Below are positions 1 through 11,696 of a stretch of DNA of 64,000 nucleotides, piece after piece. The stretch lies in the NCBI RefSeq assembly GCF_006345805.1, contig NC_043009.1, forward strand, positions 8,432,001-8,496,000. Reading direction: 5' to 3'. The position numbers and the translations under genes were made by a program. The stretch comes from Octopus sinensis. Lineage: Eukaryota. Every line of letters begins with the position of its first letter. Position 1 is the stretch's first letter. The notes below the pieces were generated by a model, which was not told the DNA's origin, ran no database searches, and was given only the letters and a program-made list of their open reading frames with translations.

Positions 1-26
1 CAGCTCATCACCTTGATGAGGATAAT

Positions 27-192
27 AGTTGTTTCAAGTTTTGGCACAAAGCCAGCAATTTTAGTGTGAGTTTGGGTTAGTCAATTACACTGACCCCCAC
101 TCAGTATTTGACTGGTACTTCCTTTTATTAGCCCTAAAGATGCTGCTAAGCATTTTGTCTAACATGCTGATGATACTGCCAAATTACTGCCT
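27..192 (-). mobile_element. SINE-B copy (degenerate)
   Basis: Reverse complement of the SINE-B tail (TTTTGGCACAAAGCCAGCAATTT), core (ACTGGTACTT..TTTATT) and head (CTAAGCATTTTG..CTGCCA). Confidence 0.75.
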
Positions 193-199
193 TAATGGT

Positions 200-200
<1 letters not shown>

Positions 201-237
<37 letters not shown>

Positions 238-246
238 CAATAATAA
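201..246. repeat. (AAT)n microsatellite, tail of adjacent SINE-B
   Basis: Directly visible; produces the poly-N ORF 140..352. Confidence 0.95.
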
Positions 247-427
247 TCCTTTCTACAATAGGCACAATGTGAAATTTTGTGGGGAGGGGTTAGTCAATTA
301 CATCAACCTCAGTGCTCAACTGGTACTTATTTTATTGAGACTGAAAATATAAACAGCAAAGTTAACTGCAGCAGAATTTCATCTAAGCACTTTGTCCATC
401 ATGTTAATGAATCCATCAGCTCACTGT
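247..427 (-). mobile_element. SINE-B copy
   Basis: Same motifs as 27-192, in tandem with it. Confidence 0.75.
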
Positions 428-1212
428 TTTAATAAAATAAGTGCCAGTCAAGTCCCTTTGTCAACATTTCAGGCCCTGTGCCTACAACAGAAAGGATTAT
501 TATTATTATTATTATGTTGATGATTAGCAATGATGATAATTTGAAAACTGCAGTAGTAAAAGCAATTAAATTGACCGCACAAGCCAACAAGTAAAAACAT
601 ACTCTACATTTTAAAAAAAGAAATGACATACTCTATAAGGTAGCCCTGAATGCATTATACCTAAAAATTAGATGTAGTGGTCACAACTGGAATTACAGGC
701 CCATTCAATCAAAGTGGACCTGGGACTAAACAGTGTCATTATACAGAATCAAGCCATCACCATGAGACTTTGTGAAGGGACTGTCCATAATTTCTACAAT
801 ATACAATTGAGAGCTAAACACAGAATTTAGTATATTTTCAGAAACACTATACAACACTGTATCAGGATATCCCACATTATCTCCCGCAAAACATACTTGG
901 AGATACACTGACAAAGCAAAAATTGTCTACATATGCCATGCTATTGAATTTCCCCTCCTTCATGGGAAACCACTGATATTCATATGTTATGAAACTCCAG
1001 CTATCTTTAAAAACAATATTGTGAAGATGCCGTGGAAAATTAGTGCTGAGACACATTACCAGATACCACATCAATTTCCATGACAAAAATTCTGATAGTA
1101 TTTTAGTAATTGTCATGGCAATACTAAATCACTATAATGTACAGAAGCAAGGAAAAAAGTTAAGGTATTACACTGACTTGGATATTGAATTTAAAATATA
1201 TTATGGCTTTTA

Positions 1213-1650
1213 AGGAAATGTGCTGTGTGGTTGGAAAATTTGCTTCCTAACCATGTAGCCTCAGTTCAATCCTGCCATGTGGCACCTAGGGTAAGTGTCT
1301 TCTAGTATAGCACTGGACCAACCAAAGCCTTGTGAATGGATTTGGTGGATGGAAACTGTAAGAAGGCTATTGTATATGTAAATACATATATGAATCTATG
1401 TGTCTGTGTTTATTTGTGTGTACCTTGTCTTCAGATCGTGCGACAACTGTAAATGAACATCACATGTGATGCTGTTTGTTTCCAGTCTTCTGTGAAAAAT
1501 ATGTCTAGCTATGGCAAAATATTATCTTACCTGAAAACAGGTGAGGGGTTGGTGACAGGGAAAGCATCTTGTTATTGAAAAATGTGACTCAGATTCTATG
1601 TAACCTGTGTGAGCATGTGAAAGTGGATGCTAAATGATGATGATGATGAT
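1213..1650 (+). mobile_element. SINE-A head joined to an RTE-type (GAT)n tail
   Basis: tRNA-like head GCTGTGTGGTTGG..GTTCAATCC; 3' end GCATGTGAAAGTGGATGCTAAATGATGATGAT. Confidence 0.7.
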
Positions 1651-2529
1651 CAACCATCCTATTTGTAATTGACACAACTGGAATGATACATAACTACATT
1701 TGCAAAACACAAACAGATTACCTGTAATTATAGACATCAGGGATATTCCAGGGAATAGCAACACAAGGAACTGTAAATATTACTGAGGCATTCTCATTCG
1801 CCATTTGTTTAACCTTGAATATTTTTATGCCTGTTTTCCAAGCTGTACTTAATTCTTGTTTTAAGAAAGATAAGTTTTGATGTATTTCTCAAACCATGAA
1901 ATAATAAAGGTAATAAAAATAACGATGATGATAATGATAAAAACATCATTGAAAGCTAACGAGATAGTTTGTGTAAATTCCCTAGACTTGGAAATCTGCC
2001 AGAATTAAAAGACAATATAAACTAACAAAGTGCTATCAATCAATCTATCTATCCATCCATCCATTCATCCATTCATTCAATCACAAACACTAACAATATA
2101 TAATATTATCATAATTATCATCTGTACCATCACTGTTTTCTTATCATGATATATATATATGTGTGTGTGTGTTTATTTGTATGTATGTAAATACACTTTT
2201 TCCTCTTTCACATGTCTGTAGACACAAGAAAGCATAAGCTTCCTTAAAATGTTCATTCATTTTCCTTCAGTTTTAATTTCGTTTTTCTGAGCTGTCGTGG
2301 GATAAATATATATTATCGATATACATTACTTTACAGCTAGATGCCCTTCATGTTGCCAACCTGTATTTCAAGTAATGATCTCTCATACCATACATCTTCG
2401 ACATTGCAGAGCCAATGGATGATTTGTAGACAAAAAAATAAGCAACTTCACTGTTTGCTGTTCTTGATAAGACACATCAAGCTGAGTAGAATCCCTGTCT
2501 TCCACATTTACAGGTTTGTCCTTTCAGGT

Positions 2530-2790
2530 GCCAGTGCCACATGACAAGCACTTGCACCAGTGCTGCATGCTTGTGCTTGTGCCACATAAATGCACTTGTG
2601 CTGGTGGCATGTAAAATGCACCCAGCACACTCTGTAAAGTGGTTGGCATTAGAAAGGCCATCCAGCTGTAGAAATCATGCCATAACAGACAACTGGAGTC
2701 TGGATGGCTCCCAGCTGGCCAGCTTCATGTCAAACCATCCAACCCATGCCAGCATGGAAAGCAGACACTAAATAATAATGATATGATGAC
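2530..2790 (+). mobile_element. repeat-D (RTE-type 3' end)
   Basis: GTGGTTGGCATTAGAAAGGCCATCCAGCTGTAGAAA..CCAACCCATGCCAGCATGGAAAG then a TGA-rich tail; many copies in the window. Confidence 0.8.
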
Positions 2791-2974
2791 TGCTGGCAGC
2801 ACAGCACTTTTTTTATGCAAGGTGTGCAGGGTGTAACATTTGCACAGACACGCATGAGTGCACGTGCATATATGCACACACACACAATAATAATAATAAT
2901 AATAATAATAATAATCCTTTCTACAATAGGCACAGTGTGAAATTTGTGGGGAGAGGGTCAGTTTCCATCTACCA

Positions 2975-3275
2975 GATTCATTCATAGAGCATTGGTTGGC
3001 CTGAGACTACAGTAGAAAACTTTCCCCTGTGTGCCATGCGGCAGGACTGAACCAAAAAACCACATCATATAGGTGTGTGTCTTTGTATTTGTCTTTACAC
3101 CACCTGACAACTAGTGTTGGTTTGTTTATATTCCTTGTAACTTACCAGCTTGGCAAAAGAAACTAACAGAATAAGTACCAGACTTAATAAGTATGGGGGT
3201 CAATTTCTTCAGCCAAACACTTCAAGGAAAGCTCCCGACATGGCCCCAGTACAATGAGTGAAACAAAAGATGAAA
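2975..3275. mobile_element. two SINE-A fragments in opposite orientations
   Basis: 2975-3065 matches the minus-strand head; 3075-3275 matches the plus-strand 3' half ending TGAAACAAAAGA. Confidence 0.6.
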
Positions 3276-3921
3276 ATATACATTAAATATACTTTTTGCA
3301 AGCGGTTAACAGTACAGACAAACAGTTCCCACAGACACAAGTCAACAAGGAAGCCTCTAAATGCTCACTGATCCAACTAGAAATAACAGTCAAAGTGAGT
3401 CTAAAAAAAAAAATGAAATAATAGTTGTGAATGAAATACTTTTGGTTGTAAGTCTGCTCAACCAAGGGTGACCGGAGACTAAACAACATCAGCTTCTACA
3501 CATGCCATCATTCGGTAAAAAAGAATAAATCAACAACAGAAAATTCATTAGAAGAAGAGCTTGCACAATGGACATATTCAACAAAAAAAGGGTGCCAAAA
3601 TAGAGAGAGAGAGAGACACACACACATATATAAATATTCCACACTACAGCAGACACCAGGCATTTTATTTCAATTTCATGCAGCCACTGGCTTCTAGATC
3701 AGGGTGTTGGAAGGGTATAAAACAGAGCAGGATGGAATTAGAATTAAGAACCAGCCATTCTTTCTGTCAACAGGAAGTCTGACAAGAATAGCAAGCAATA
3801 CTGACTTTTGAGAAAGAAATTCTGCCTGCTGATTGGCCATGATATAAGTAAGCCAAAGGGCCCAAAATTTTGTTTCTGTATTTGTTGGGTTGAATTTTCT
3901 TACTGCTGAGTTGATCCCAAG

Positions 3922-3956
<35 letters not shown>

Positions 3957-4347
3957 GTATCAATCTGGCAGTAAGAAAACTCAAGCTTAACAAATACAAA
4001 ACCATCATACACACACACACACACACATATACATTACAGATATGCAAATATATTCATATTTATACATTTGCGTGTATTTGAACTGTCTGCACATTTAGTT
4101 AGAACGTCAGTATGCTTACTTACTTACAGTAATAGCTATTTCTTATTGTGATGGCTTCAGGACAAATCTTTTATTATTTTTTTTTTACAACAACACTTAC
4201 CAGCAGATAACAATTGCCTAAATGATAACATTAAGCAGAGGTTATAAAAATATCATGGCCTTTGATTCTAATGAGCAAATCATTTTTCATTTATTCAACC
4301 AATAACTGATAACATTATCCTCCATGATTATAATAAACAGTTTGTTC

Positions 4348-4398
<51 letters not shown>

Positions 4399-4619
4399 GC
4401 CAAACCATTGTGAGTGGATTTCATTGATGGAAAATGAAAGAAGCCAGTCACACTATCATCATCATCATTATCACGATCATCATTATTGTTTTGTTTCTAT
4501 TCATACTGGCATGTGTTGGACAGTTCTGATCTCTCTACATTGGTTGAGAGACCTCATTTTGCTTGCATTTCATATTAGTATGGTATCTACCATTGCATGC
4601 TCCCCCAACACCAATTACC

Positions 4620-5760
4620 CTACAGAGTGTAACAAGTGCCTTTTTTTCATGCCATCTGCACTAAAAGTTGTCAAGTCCTCAACAAGATTAATAAGTCCTC
4701 ACAACTTCACATTGTACAGAGTGTACCGAGTGTGTGTGCATTGTCATGACACCAACATTAGAGGGGTATCCCTGTCCTTGACAGAACCAAGAAGACCCCA
4801 CATACCTATGTCTCTGCCCATTTGCCAGTTTCATTACAGAAGTCTGAATGACAATGATAGTGTGAGAGAGAAGTGTGGAAGTGGAATGAGCTATGGTAGT
4901 ACTCAGTATTCTTGAGATTGGTGTGAATATTCAAAGCAATATGATTGAGAATGAGATGGCAAGGAGATGACTCAAGTCTCTGTGATCCAAGGGTTGGGTG
5001 ATGACTGAGGGATAGCTGAGGTCCAGTGTATGTAGGAGCAAAAGAATGCGAGCAGAGTGAAATGGGATGACAACAGTGAGTACAGAAAGTGCAGACAACT
5101 GTTGAGTGAACTGGGCACAAGTGGTCCAATGTAAGCTACCTACACAGAAGTGATGAGCGTAGAGGCATGGTAAATGGGAAGTAGGTGGGTCCTGTAATAG
5201 TCAGTGTCATGAAGGAGTGATGAGGAGAGGGTCAGAATAGGTGCAGTGGTACCATGTCTGGAAGGGATGTATGGTGAACAGAAGAGATCTGCTGCTTCTT
5301 TAATCAGACTGGAGCACAGTACAGTGGGAATTGAGAAGAGGAAGTGATTGAGAGATGAGCAAAAGATATGGGTAAAAGAATGCAATGTATATCAAACAGT
5401 CAATGAGTAATAAAGGGTATGGGAAGGGAATGCAATATGTGGCAAACAGAAGAGAGACTCACTGCCCTCCTGAGTTATACTGACAGCATAATACAATGTG
5501 ATTGATAAAGGAGGGGAGAGAGGGAGAGAGTGGTATTGGAAACATGGGTGCAGAAAGAAAATGCAAGAGAGATAAAAGCATGGGCAAAAGAGACACGTGT
5601 CATAGTGGTAATAATGGCAAGAGACATGTGAGTGATAGAGATATGTGATGCAAGGGACAAGAGATAGAGGAGCAAGTGATGTGGATGCTAAGGAGGTGAT
5701 TGGCTATCAAAGAGGTCAAAGATGAAGCCTAGGCTGTAGGTAGGCCTACATGCACATACC
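4620..5760. other. purine-skewed degenerate sequence, possibly an old retroelement fragment
   Basis: Marked G/A excess on + strand; Cys-rich remnants (ICTK..HCTECTEC) near 4640-4740; no diagnostic motif. Confidence 0.25.
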
Positions 5761-5789
5761 AAGCAATGCAAGCTTGCATACATATATAT

Positions 5790-5990
5790 ACTTTTACTTT
5801 TTTCAGTCATTTGACTGCAGCCATGCTGGAGTACCGCCTTTAGTCGAGCAAATCGACCCCGGGACTTATTCTTTGTAAGCCCAGTACTTATTCTATTGGT
5901 CTCTTTTTGCCGAACCGCTAAGTGACGGGGACGTAAACACACCAGCATCAGTTGTCAAGCAATGCTAGAGGGACAAACACAGACACACAA

Positions 5991-6035
<45 letters not shown>

Positions 6036-6202
6036 CATACGACAGGCTTCTTTCAGTTTCTGTCTACCAAATCCACTCACAAGGCTTTGGTCGGCCCGAG
6101 GCTATAGTAGAAGACATTTGCCCAAGATGCCACGCAGTGGGACTGAACCCGGAACCATGTAGTTCATAAGCAAGCTACTTACCACACAGCCACTCCTGCG
6201 CC
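5790..6202 (-). mobile_element. SINE-A, full length, young
   Basis: Pol III A/B-box-like head at the right end (CAGCCACTCCTGCG), central (CA)/(TA) tract, tail TTTTACTT..TTCAGTCATTTGACTG; CpGs largely retained. Confidence 0.9.
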
Positions 6203-6289
6203 TTGTACACACACACACACACATACACACTCACCAATTTTCATATCTGTTTACCATTCCTCTGTGGATGAACATGCCACCAGACAATA

Positions 6290-6800
6290 CAGTCCACCAG
6301 ACAAAGGACAATACAGTCCTTTGTCATCTCCTTCATGAGGTGTAACATCTTCAGATGTGTCTTCACCACTTTGTCCCAAATCTCTCTAAGTCACCCTCTT
6401 CCACAGGTTCCAATTACTTCAAGCACACTGAACATCTTTATACACTTGTCCTTCTGCACACCTGTCACATGTCCATACCGATTAGCCTTCTCTCTTGTAC
6501 ACTACACCTGATTCCTTTCATGTTCAGTCTTTCTCTCAGCCCATTTATGTTTTCGTCGTTCATGCACAGAGCATGTTCACTTCAGCTCTTTCTAGCCTTT
6601 GTAGGTCCTCTGTGTTCAAGGCCCATGTGTCACTATCATGCAGCATCATTCATCACACTCAAGCATCATACGATCTGTGATTCATTCCCTGGGAGGAGCC
6701 TATTGTTGCCAAGCATCCTGAACGTTTTCCCAACTAGTTTTTACTCTTGCTACCTACTACTTAATTAGGCCCACTAGGTTGCAAGCTATCAACTGCTTCT
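6290..6800 (-). mobile_element. RTE-clade LINE ORF C-terminal fragment (decayed)
   Basis: Minus-strand translation gives MLHDSDTWALNTEDLQRLERAEVNML, homologous to the RTE at 23651-24334. Confidence 0.75.
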
Positions 6801-8088
6801 TGAGAATCACCTGAGCATTTGATGAAGTTTATTTTCCAAGTGTTCTTAGTACTTATGATCTCTGTACAGCCTCTGTGTGTGTGTGTGTGTGTGTTTACAT
6901 TTGTGTTTCTCCAAAAATCGCTGGGTTACAAGTGATGGCTTTGTTGTCATTTTTTTTCGGTCAATAAACCATTCACTGGCTTTAAAGACCTGCAGAATAA
7001 GTGATCTCACATTTGACAACCAAGTAAGAGTTAACGAAACAAAAGGCATCTTGTTGTAAAACAATGCTTCAGTAATATATTTGCCTAACCCATGCCAGCA
7101 TGGAAAAACGGATGTAAAAACAAATGGATATTCATATATATTAGTACACATATACACCAAAACTGCCAGCCTAATTTAACACAGCAATATCTCCACATAC
7201 AATTCCACCAACACCACCACCACCATATACCTATCATGTCTCTGTAGCTAACACACTTATTTTATTCTCTAGTGATTTACTGTGGTTATATATTATTTCC
7301 CTTGAAAATTTTGATAGCAAAGCCAGAACATTGATTCTAATAAGTGAATAATTTTTAATTTATTGTAAATAAAGTATTTGAGACATGCTAATTTTGATAA
7401 CAGTAATTGTTTGATAACATCTATGATTATAACAGCTTCCTCTGTTTATGTACACACACACACCCACTCATACACACTGTTTACATACATTCACACCCAC
7501 ATAAACTAATACTGTCAGCCGCACCGACCAGACTTACCCCCATCCCTAGCTCCACTCCTGCACTAACATATGATTCCACCATCACCATACACTTAGCATA
7601 TCTCTGTAGCTAGTGCACTTTTCCTTTGAAGTCTATAGTATTTATTGTTGTTCTGTAACAGTTTACTTAAAACTTTTTGATATCAGTATCCACAGTTTTG
7701 ATTGTAATAAAGGAATAATTAAAAATTTATTTTAATGTCTGGGGCCAGCTGGTTTTGATAACAATAAACATTTGATAACATTATCAGCAATTATAATATG
7801 TAAATTCCACTGTGTGTACATAAGAATACATGCTAGGCATTTAAATGATGGCAGTTTTCTCATGTCTGAAGGTCTTGAAGAGCAGAACACTCTCAAATGA
7901 CTATGTAAACCAGTCTTTGATGCTGCAGGGTGTCCTTCCTGCCTGTGCTTAGTGACTTTAAAGCAAAAGTCTGTACGAACCAGTTCCACTCTTTAGACTT
8001 GGAAGTTTGACCATCGTAGCTCATCAAGTTAAAGACAGCTATGATGACCACCAAGCTGTAGAACGGCCTTCACCTAGTAAGTTCTCAG

Positions 8089-8794
8089 CAGTAAGTTCTC
8101 AACAGAGGTCCATATAAGATTTTGCGGGGTCCATACAAATGAAATAGTAAATTGGGGGTGCAAAGAATATCTTAAGGGACTTTGAAAGAATTTTGCTTTC
8201 GGTGTATTTATTGCAAGCAACAGCTGGGTTTCTTTCTCTAACGTCTTACAATTCAACCAACACAAGTGCATATTCTTTTACTTGTTTCAGTCATTTGACT
8301 GCGGCCATGCTGGAGCACTGCCTTTGGTCGAATCAAGTCGACCTCAGGACTTATTCTTTGTAAGCCTAGTACTTATTCTATTGGTCTCTTTTACTGAACT
8401 GCTAAGTTATGGGGACATAAACACACCAGCATCGGTTGTCAATCGATGTTGGGGGGGGGGAGAAACACAGATACGCAACATATACACACTCATACATATA
8501 TACGACGGGCTTCTTTCAGTTTCTGTCTACCAAATCCACTCACAAGGCTTTGGTCGGCCCAAGGCTACAGTAGAAGACACTTGCCCAAGGTGCCACACAG
8601 TGGGACTGAACCCGGAACCATGTGGTTCGTAAGCAAGCTGCTTACCACACAGCCACTCTTGTGAAAAAGAAAAGAAGAGTTTTGAAAGAAGGATCTGTAA
8701 AACTAGTTTTTAAACATTGAATGGACGTTGGGGTCCACCAGAGTAAAATAGTAATTAAAGGGGTCCATAGGTAAAAAAATGGTTGAGAATTATT
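8089..8794. mobile_element. hAT-type MITE copy 1, interrupted by SINE-A
   Basis: Ends CAGTAAGTTCTCAAC / GTTGAGAATTATT; co-linear with 13325-13938. Confidence 0.8.
8272..8660 (-). mobile_element. SINE-A, full length
   Basis: High similarity to 5790-6202. Confidence 0.9.
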
Positions 8795-9778
8795 AACCTA
8801 GTTGAATGGCCATGGTGAGTTGAGGAGCTCTACCAACCCCCAAATCACCCAAATAGTTGATGTGATAATGCAAGAATGGCTAAGGGGGTCCACCAGCAGG
8901 GCCAGATTTATAGGGATGTGGAGGGAGCAATTGCCCTGGGCATCTGATGATACTGGGGGCCCCTTGCTACTAAGGGTATGTAGCACCCAATACAGGAAGG
9001 TCCCTCCACCTCCCAACAATCAGGCATGAAGTGGCGGCTCTTTCAATATACAAGGATATCTTGACTTCTTAAGAAATGTGATAGATTCTCGTTTATGATA
9101 AATAACCATAGATTCTGCCACCTTAGAGACATCAGTTATTCAATTAAAAAGCACTCCCAAAGCAGCTTACAAATTTCCCAAGGGATTTGTTGATGCTTTG
9201 GGATGACAGAGAAAAGGGAAACTCTTGAAAATGCATTTATGTATGTATGTATGTATGTATTTGTGTGTGTGTTCACGTGCACATATGAATGTATATAAAG
9301 ATAAGGAGATTAAGAGAAAGAAGTTATTGCCTCTTGGTCAGATTCCTTCTTTCAATGCATCACTGAGCAATGACCCTGGCTTGACTGATCACAGTTAAAG
9401 GCACACACACACACACACACATTTCAACTTCTAAACTTATTTCAGTGAGGCATTGAAAACTGGTCTTATTTTATGAAACAAGTAAGTAAAAAAAATGTTC
9501 CAAAATTTTAATTCTGAATTTAGTTTTAATTATAAAATTACATCTTTCAACAGCTAAAAGCATTCTTTTTTCGTTTTAGAATTATTGCATATGTATTCAA
9601 ATGTTTTTCATTAAATCAAACCTTTTACTGTTCGTATTTTTCCCTATATTTTTCATCATTGTGTCACACATTGCCTCTATAATGGAGAAGTTTATTTACA
9701 AAGCAGTGTGGTAGAAACACATATATGTATACATACAAACATGTGTGTGTGTGTGTACACATATATATAATTATATCT

Positions 9779-10030
9779 TTTATCTTTTACTTGTTTCAGT
9801 CAGACTGTTGCCATGCTGGGGCACCACCTTGAATTTTTAGTCAAATGAATTGACTCTAGTACTTATTTTTAAGCCTGGTACTTATTCTGTCCGTCTCTTT
9901 TGCCAAACTGCTAAGTTACAGGGATGCAAACACACCAACACCAGTTGTCAAGTGGTGATGGGGGAACAAACACAGACACCAAAGACACATAGATATATAT
10001 ACATATTCAATGGGCTTCTTTCAGCTTCCA
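9779..10030 (-). mobile_element. SINE-A 3' portion
   Basis: TTTTACTTGTTTCAGTC..GGGCTTCTTTCAG. Confidence 0.8.
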
Positions 10031-10228
10031 TCGACCACACACACATATACACACGTGTGTGTAGCCACTAAACCTTATTCTATTTTCTCTCCCTGTTTAT
10101 TCCTGTGTTCCTTTCGAGCGTAGGCTCGAAACATAAAAGACTTTCTCACTTCCTGAGTGTTAAACTAATACATCTGTTTGTTGTTTACACACCCGTCTTC
10201 GTCTTTTGTTTTTTTGTAAATTCTCACT

Positions 10229-10234
10229 ACATAT

Positions 10235-10322
<88 letters not shown>
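10229..10322. repeat. compound (AT)n(AG)n microsatellite
   Basis: Directly visible. Confidence 0.95.
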
Positions 10323-10325
<3 letters not shown>

Positions 10326-10479
10326 TGTGTGTGTGTAGCAGGTGGGTGCACGCCCTTTGGTATTTTGTTACAGTTAAGAAACAGCTCATTGTCTGGGAAC
10401 TACCAGTTAATCATTGTCCCATTCCACACAACATTGTTATCAAAGCCTCCAATCTGGGAAAAGCCAAGCCAACAAGGCA

Positions 10480-10685
10480 GCTTCTTTGTGGTAGGGTGGC
10501 AAAGAAATAGTAGCCAAATTTCCTTCAAAATAAATCCAACTATATAAAGAACATGTTAGCATTGGAGACTGTAGTCCTAGACACAGAATTGCTGAAAAAT
10601 GCTGGATAATCATGGCTGGAATGCCTTTGATCATCGGCCTGCTTAACCAGAGCTGACTTGGGTCTGAACAATAACAAAGACAACT
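10480..10685 (+). mobile_element. repeat-E (SINE-like, CAA-rich tail)
   Basis: AGAAATAGTAGCCAAAT..GGCTGGAATGCCTTTGATCAT..AACAATAACAAAG; related copies near 21290, 22020-22390, 31060, 33620-33840, 34610, 41290, 46050, 49280, 60620 and 61833-62080. Confidence 0.7.
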
Positions 10686-10944
10686 TATCTATGATATATT
10701 TGTTGTCATTATATCTCTAGAGGAATAGATTTACTTAAAAATTATGCATTGCTCAAGCCATGTACAATTTTTTATGGGAATGCTGGCCCCAGTAAAAGCT
10801 CCCACCCACAAAACATTGCATCATTTCCTTCGTGGATGGGCAGTGGATTGACAGGAATATTACAGTTGTGTGATGTTTTGTTGCAGCCCTTTGCTATCCT
10901 CACTAAATTCAACTTTGCTTCTCATCCATCTGGAGATCAATAAT

Positions 10945-10977
10945 GTGTGTGTGTGCTCGCGCGTGTGTGTGTGTGTG

Positions 10978-11045
<68 letters not shown>

Positions 11046-11050
11046 CGTGC
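10945..11050. repeat. (GT)n microsatellite
   Basis: Directly visible. Confidence 0.95.
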
Positions 11051-11440
11051 ATGGGTGTGTCAGTGGTCCTGACTCAGGATCTGCAGAATTACTGTTGGAG
11101 GTCTGCGAGCTAAGTTCAGTTTTGAATAGCTGCAGTATAAAATGTCATATTACTCACGATAAATTTGGTAAAAAAAATATGTCTAAAACTTCATATGCAT
11201 CTACTATGCAATAGACTTTGATAAGGTCACAGCACACAATAGAAGCATTCTAAATATAATAACTTCTTGTGCATCTGATTTCTGCACTTTAGTACTCAAC
11301 AGTGCTAAAGAAGATATCAAAACTTCAGCAAGGTTTGAAACTGTTGCTGCTATTACTATATATTGTAGGTATGGTATATGACATTTTCTCATATACTTCT
11401 CATTCAGACATTGACTATTAGCAACATTATGCCTTTGCCT

Positions 11441-11610
11441 ACCATGGGAGTCACTGGTGACTCTCCATGCTATATTCTTAGTATACTTTGGAAATCACTT
11501 GTGACAAGTCATGGTATATTTTCAATATGCCATGGGAGTCACCAGTGACTTCCCACAATATATTCTTAATATACCCATAGAAGTCAATGGTGACTCCTAA
11601 CGGTGATATT
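11441..11610. repeat. ~44-45 bp tandem repeat, 4 diverged palindromic units
   Basis: Cores GAGTCAC-NN-GTGACTC-like at ~11448, 11492, 11536 and 11581. Confidence 0.8.
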
Positions 11611-11696
11611 TCTTAATTGAGCCTCATAATACTGTCGTTCAAACTATATTAATTACATTATTCAAATTTCATTAAATGTGCAGATACCTTGCTGGC

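Noticed and set aside
4355-4915. 186-aa ORF with a His-rich stretch
   Set aside because: Built from (GT)n and (CAT)n repeats plus decayed repeat sequence; no domain recognised.
5790-6202. tRNA genes at SINE heads (all A/B/C copies)
   Set aside because: A/B-box-like motifs are present, but there is no complete cloverleaf and each runs into a SINE body.
8282-8632. Recurrent 60-140 aa ORFs such as ..SVSVYQIHSQGFGRPKA.. (also 44915, 47845, 54433)
   Set aside because: They are frames within SINE-A copies, not a gene family.
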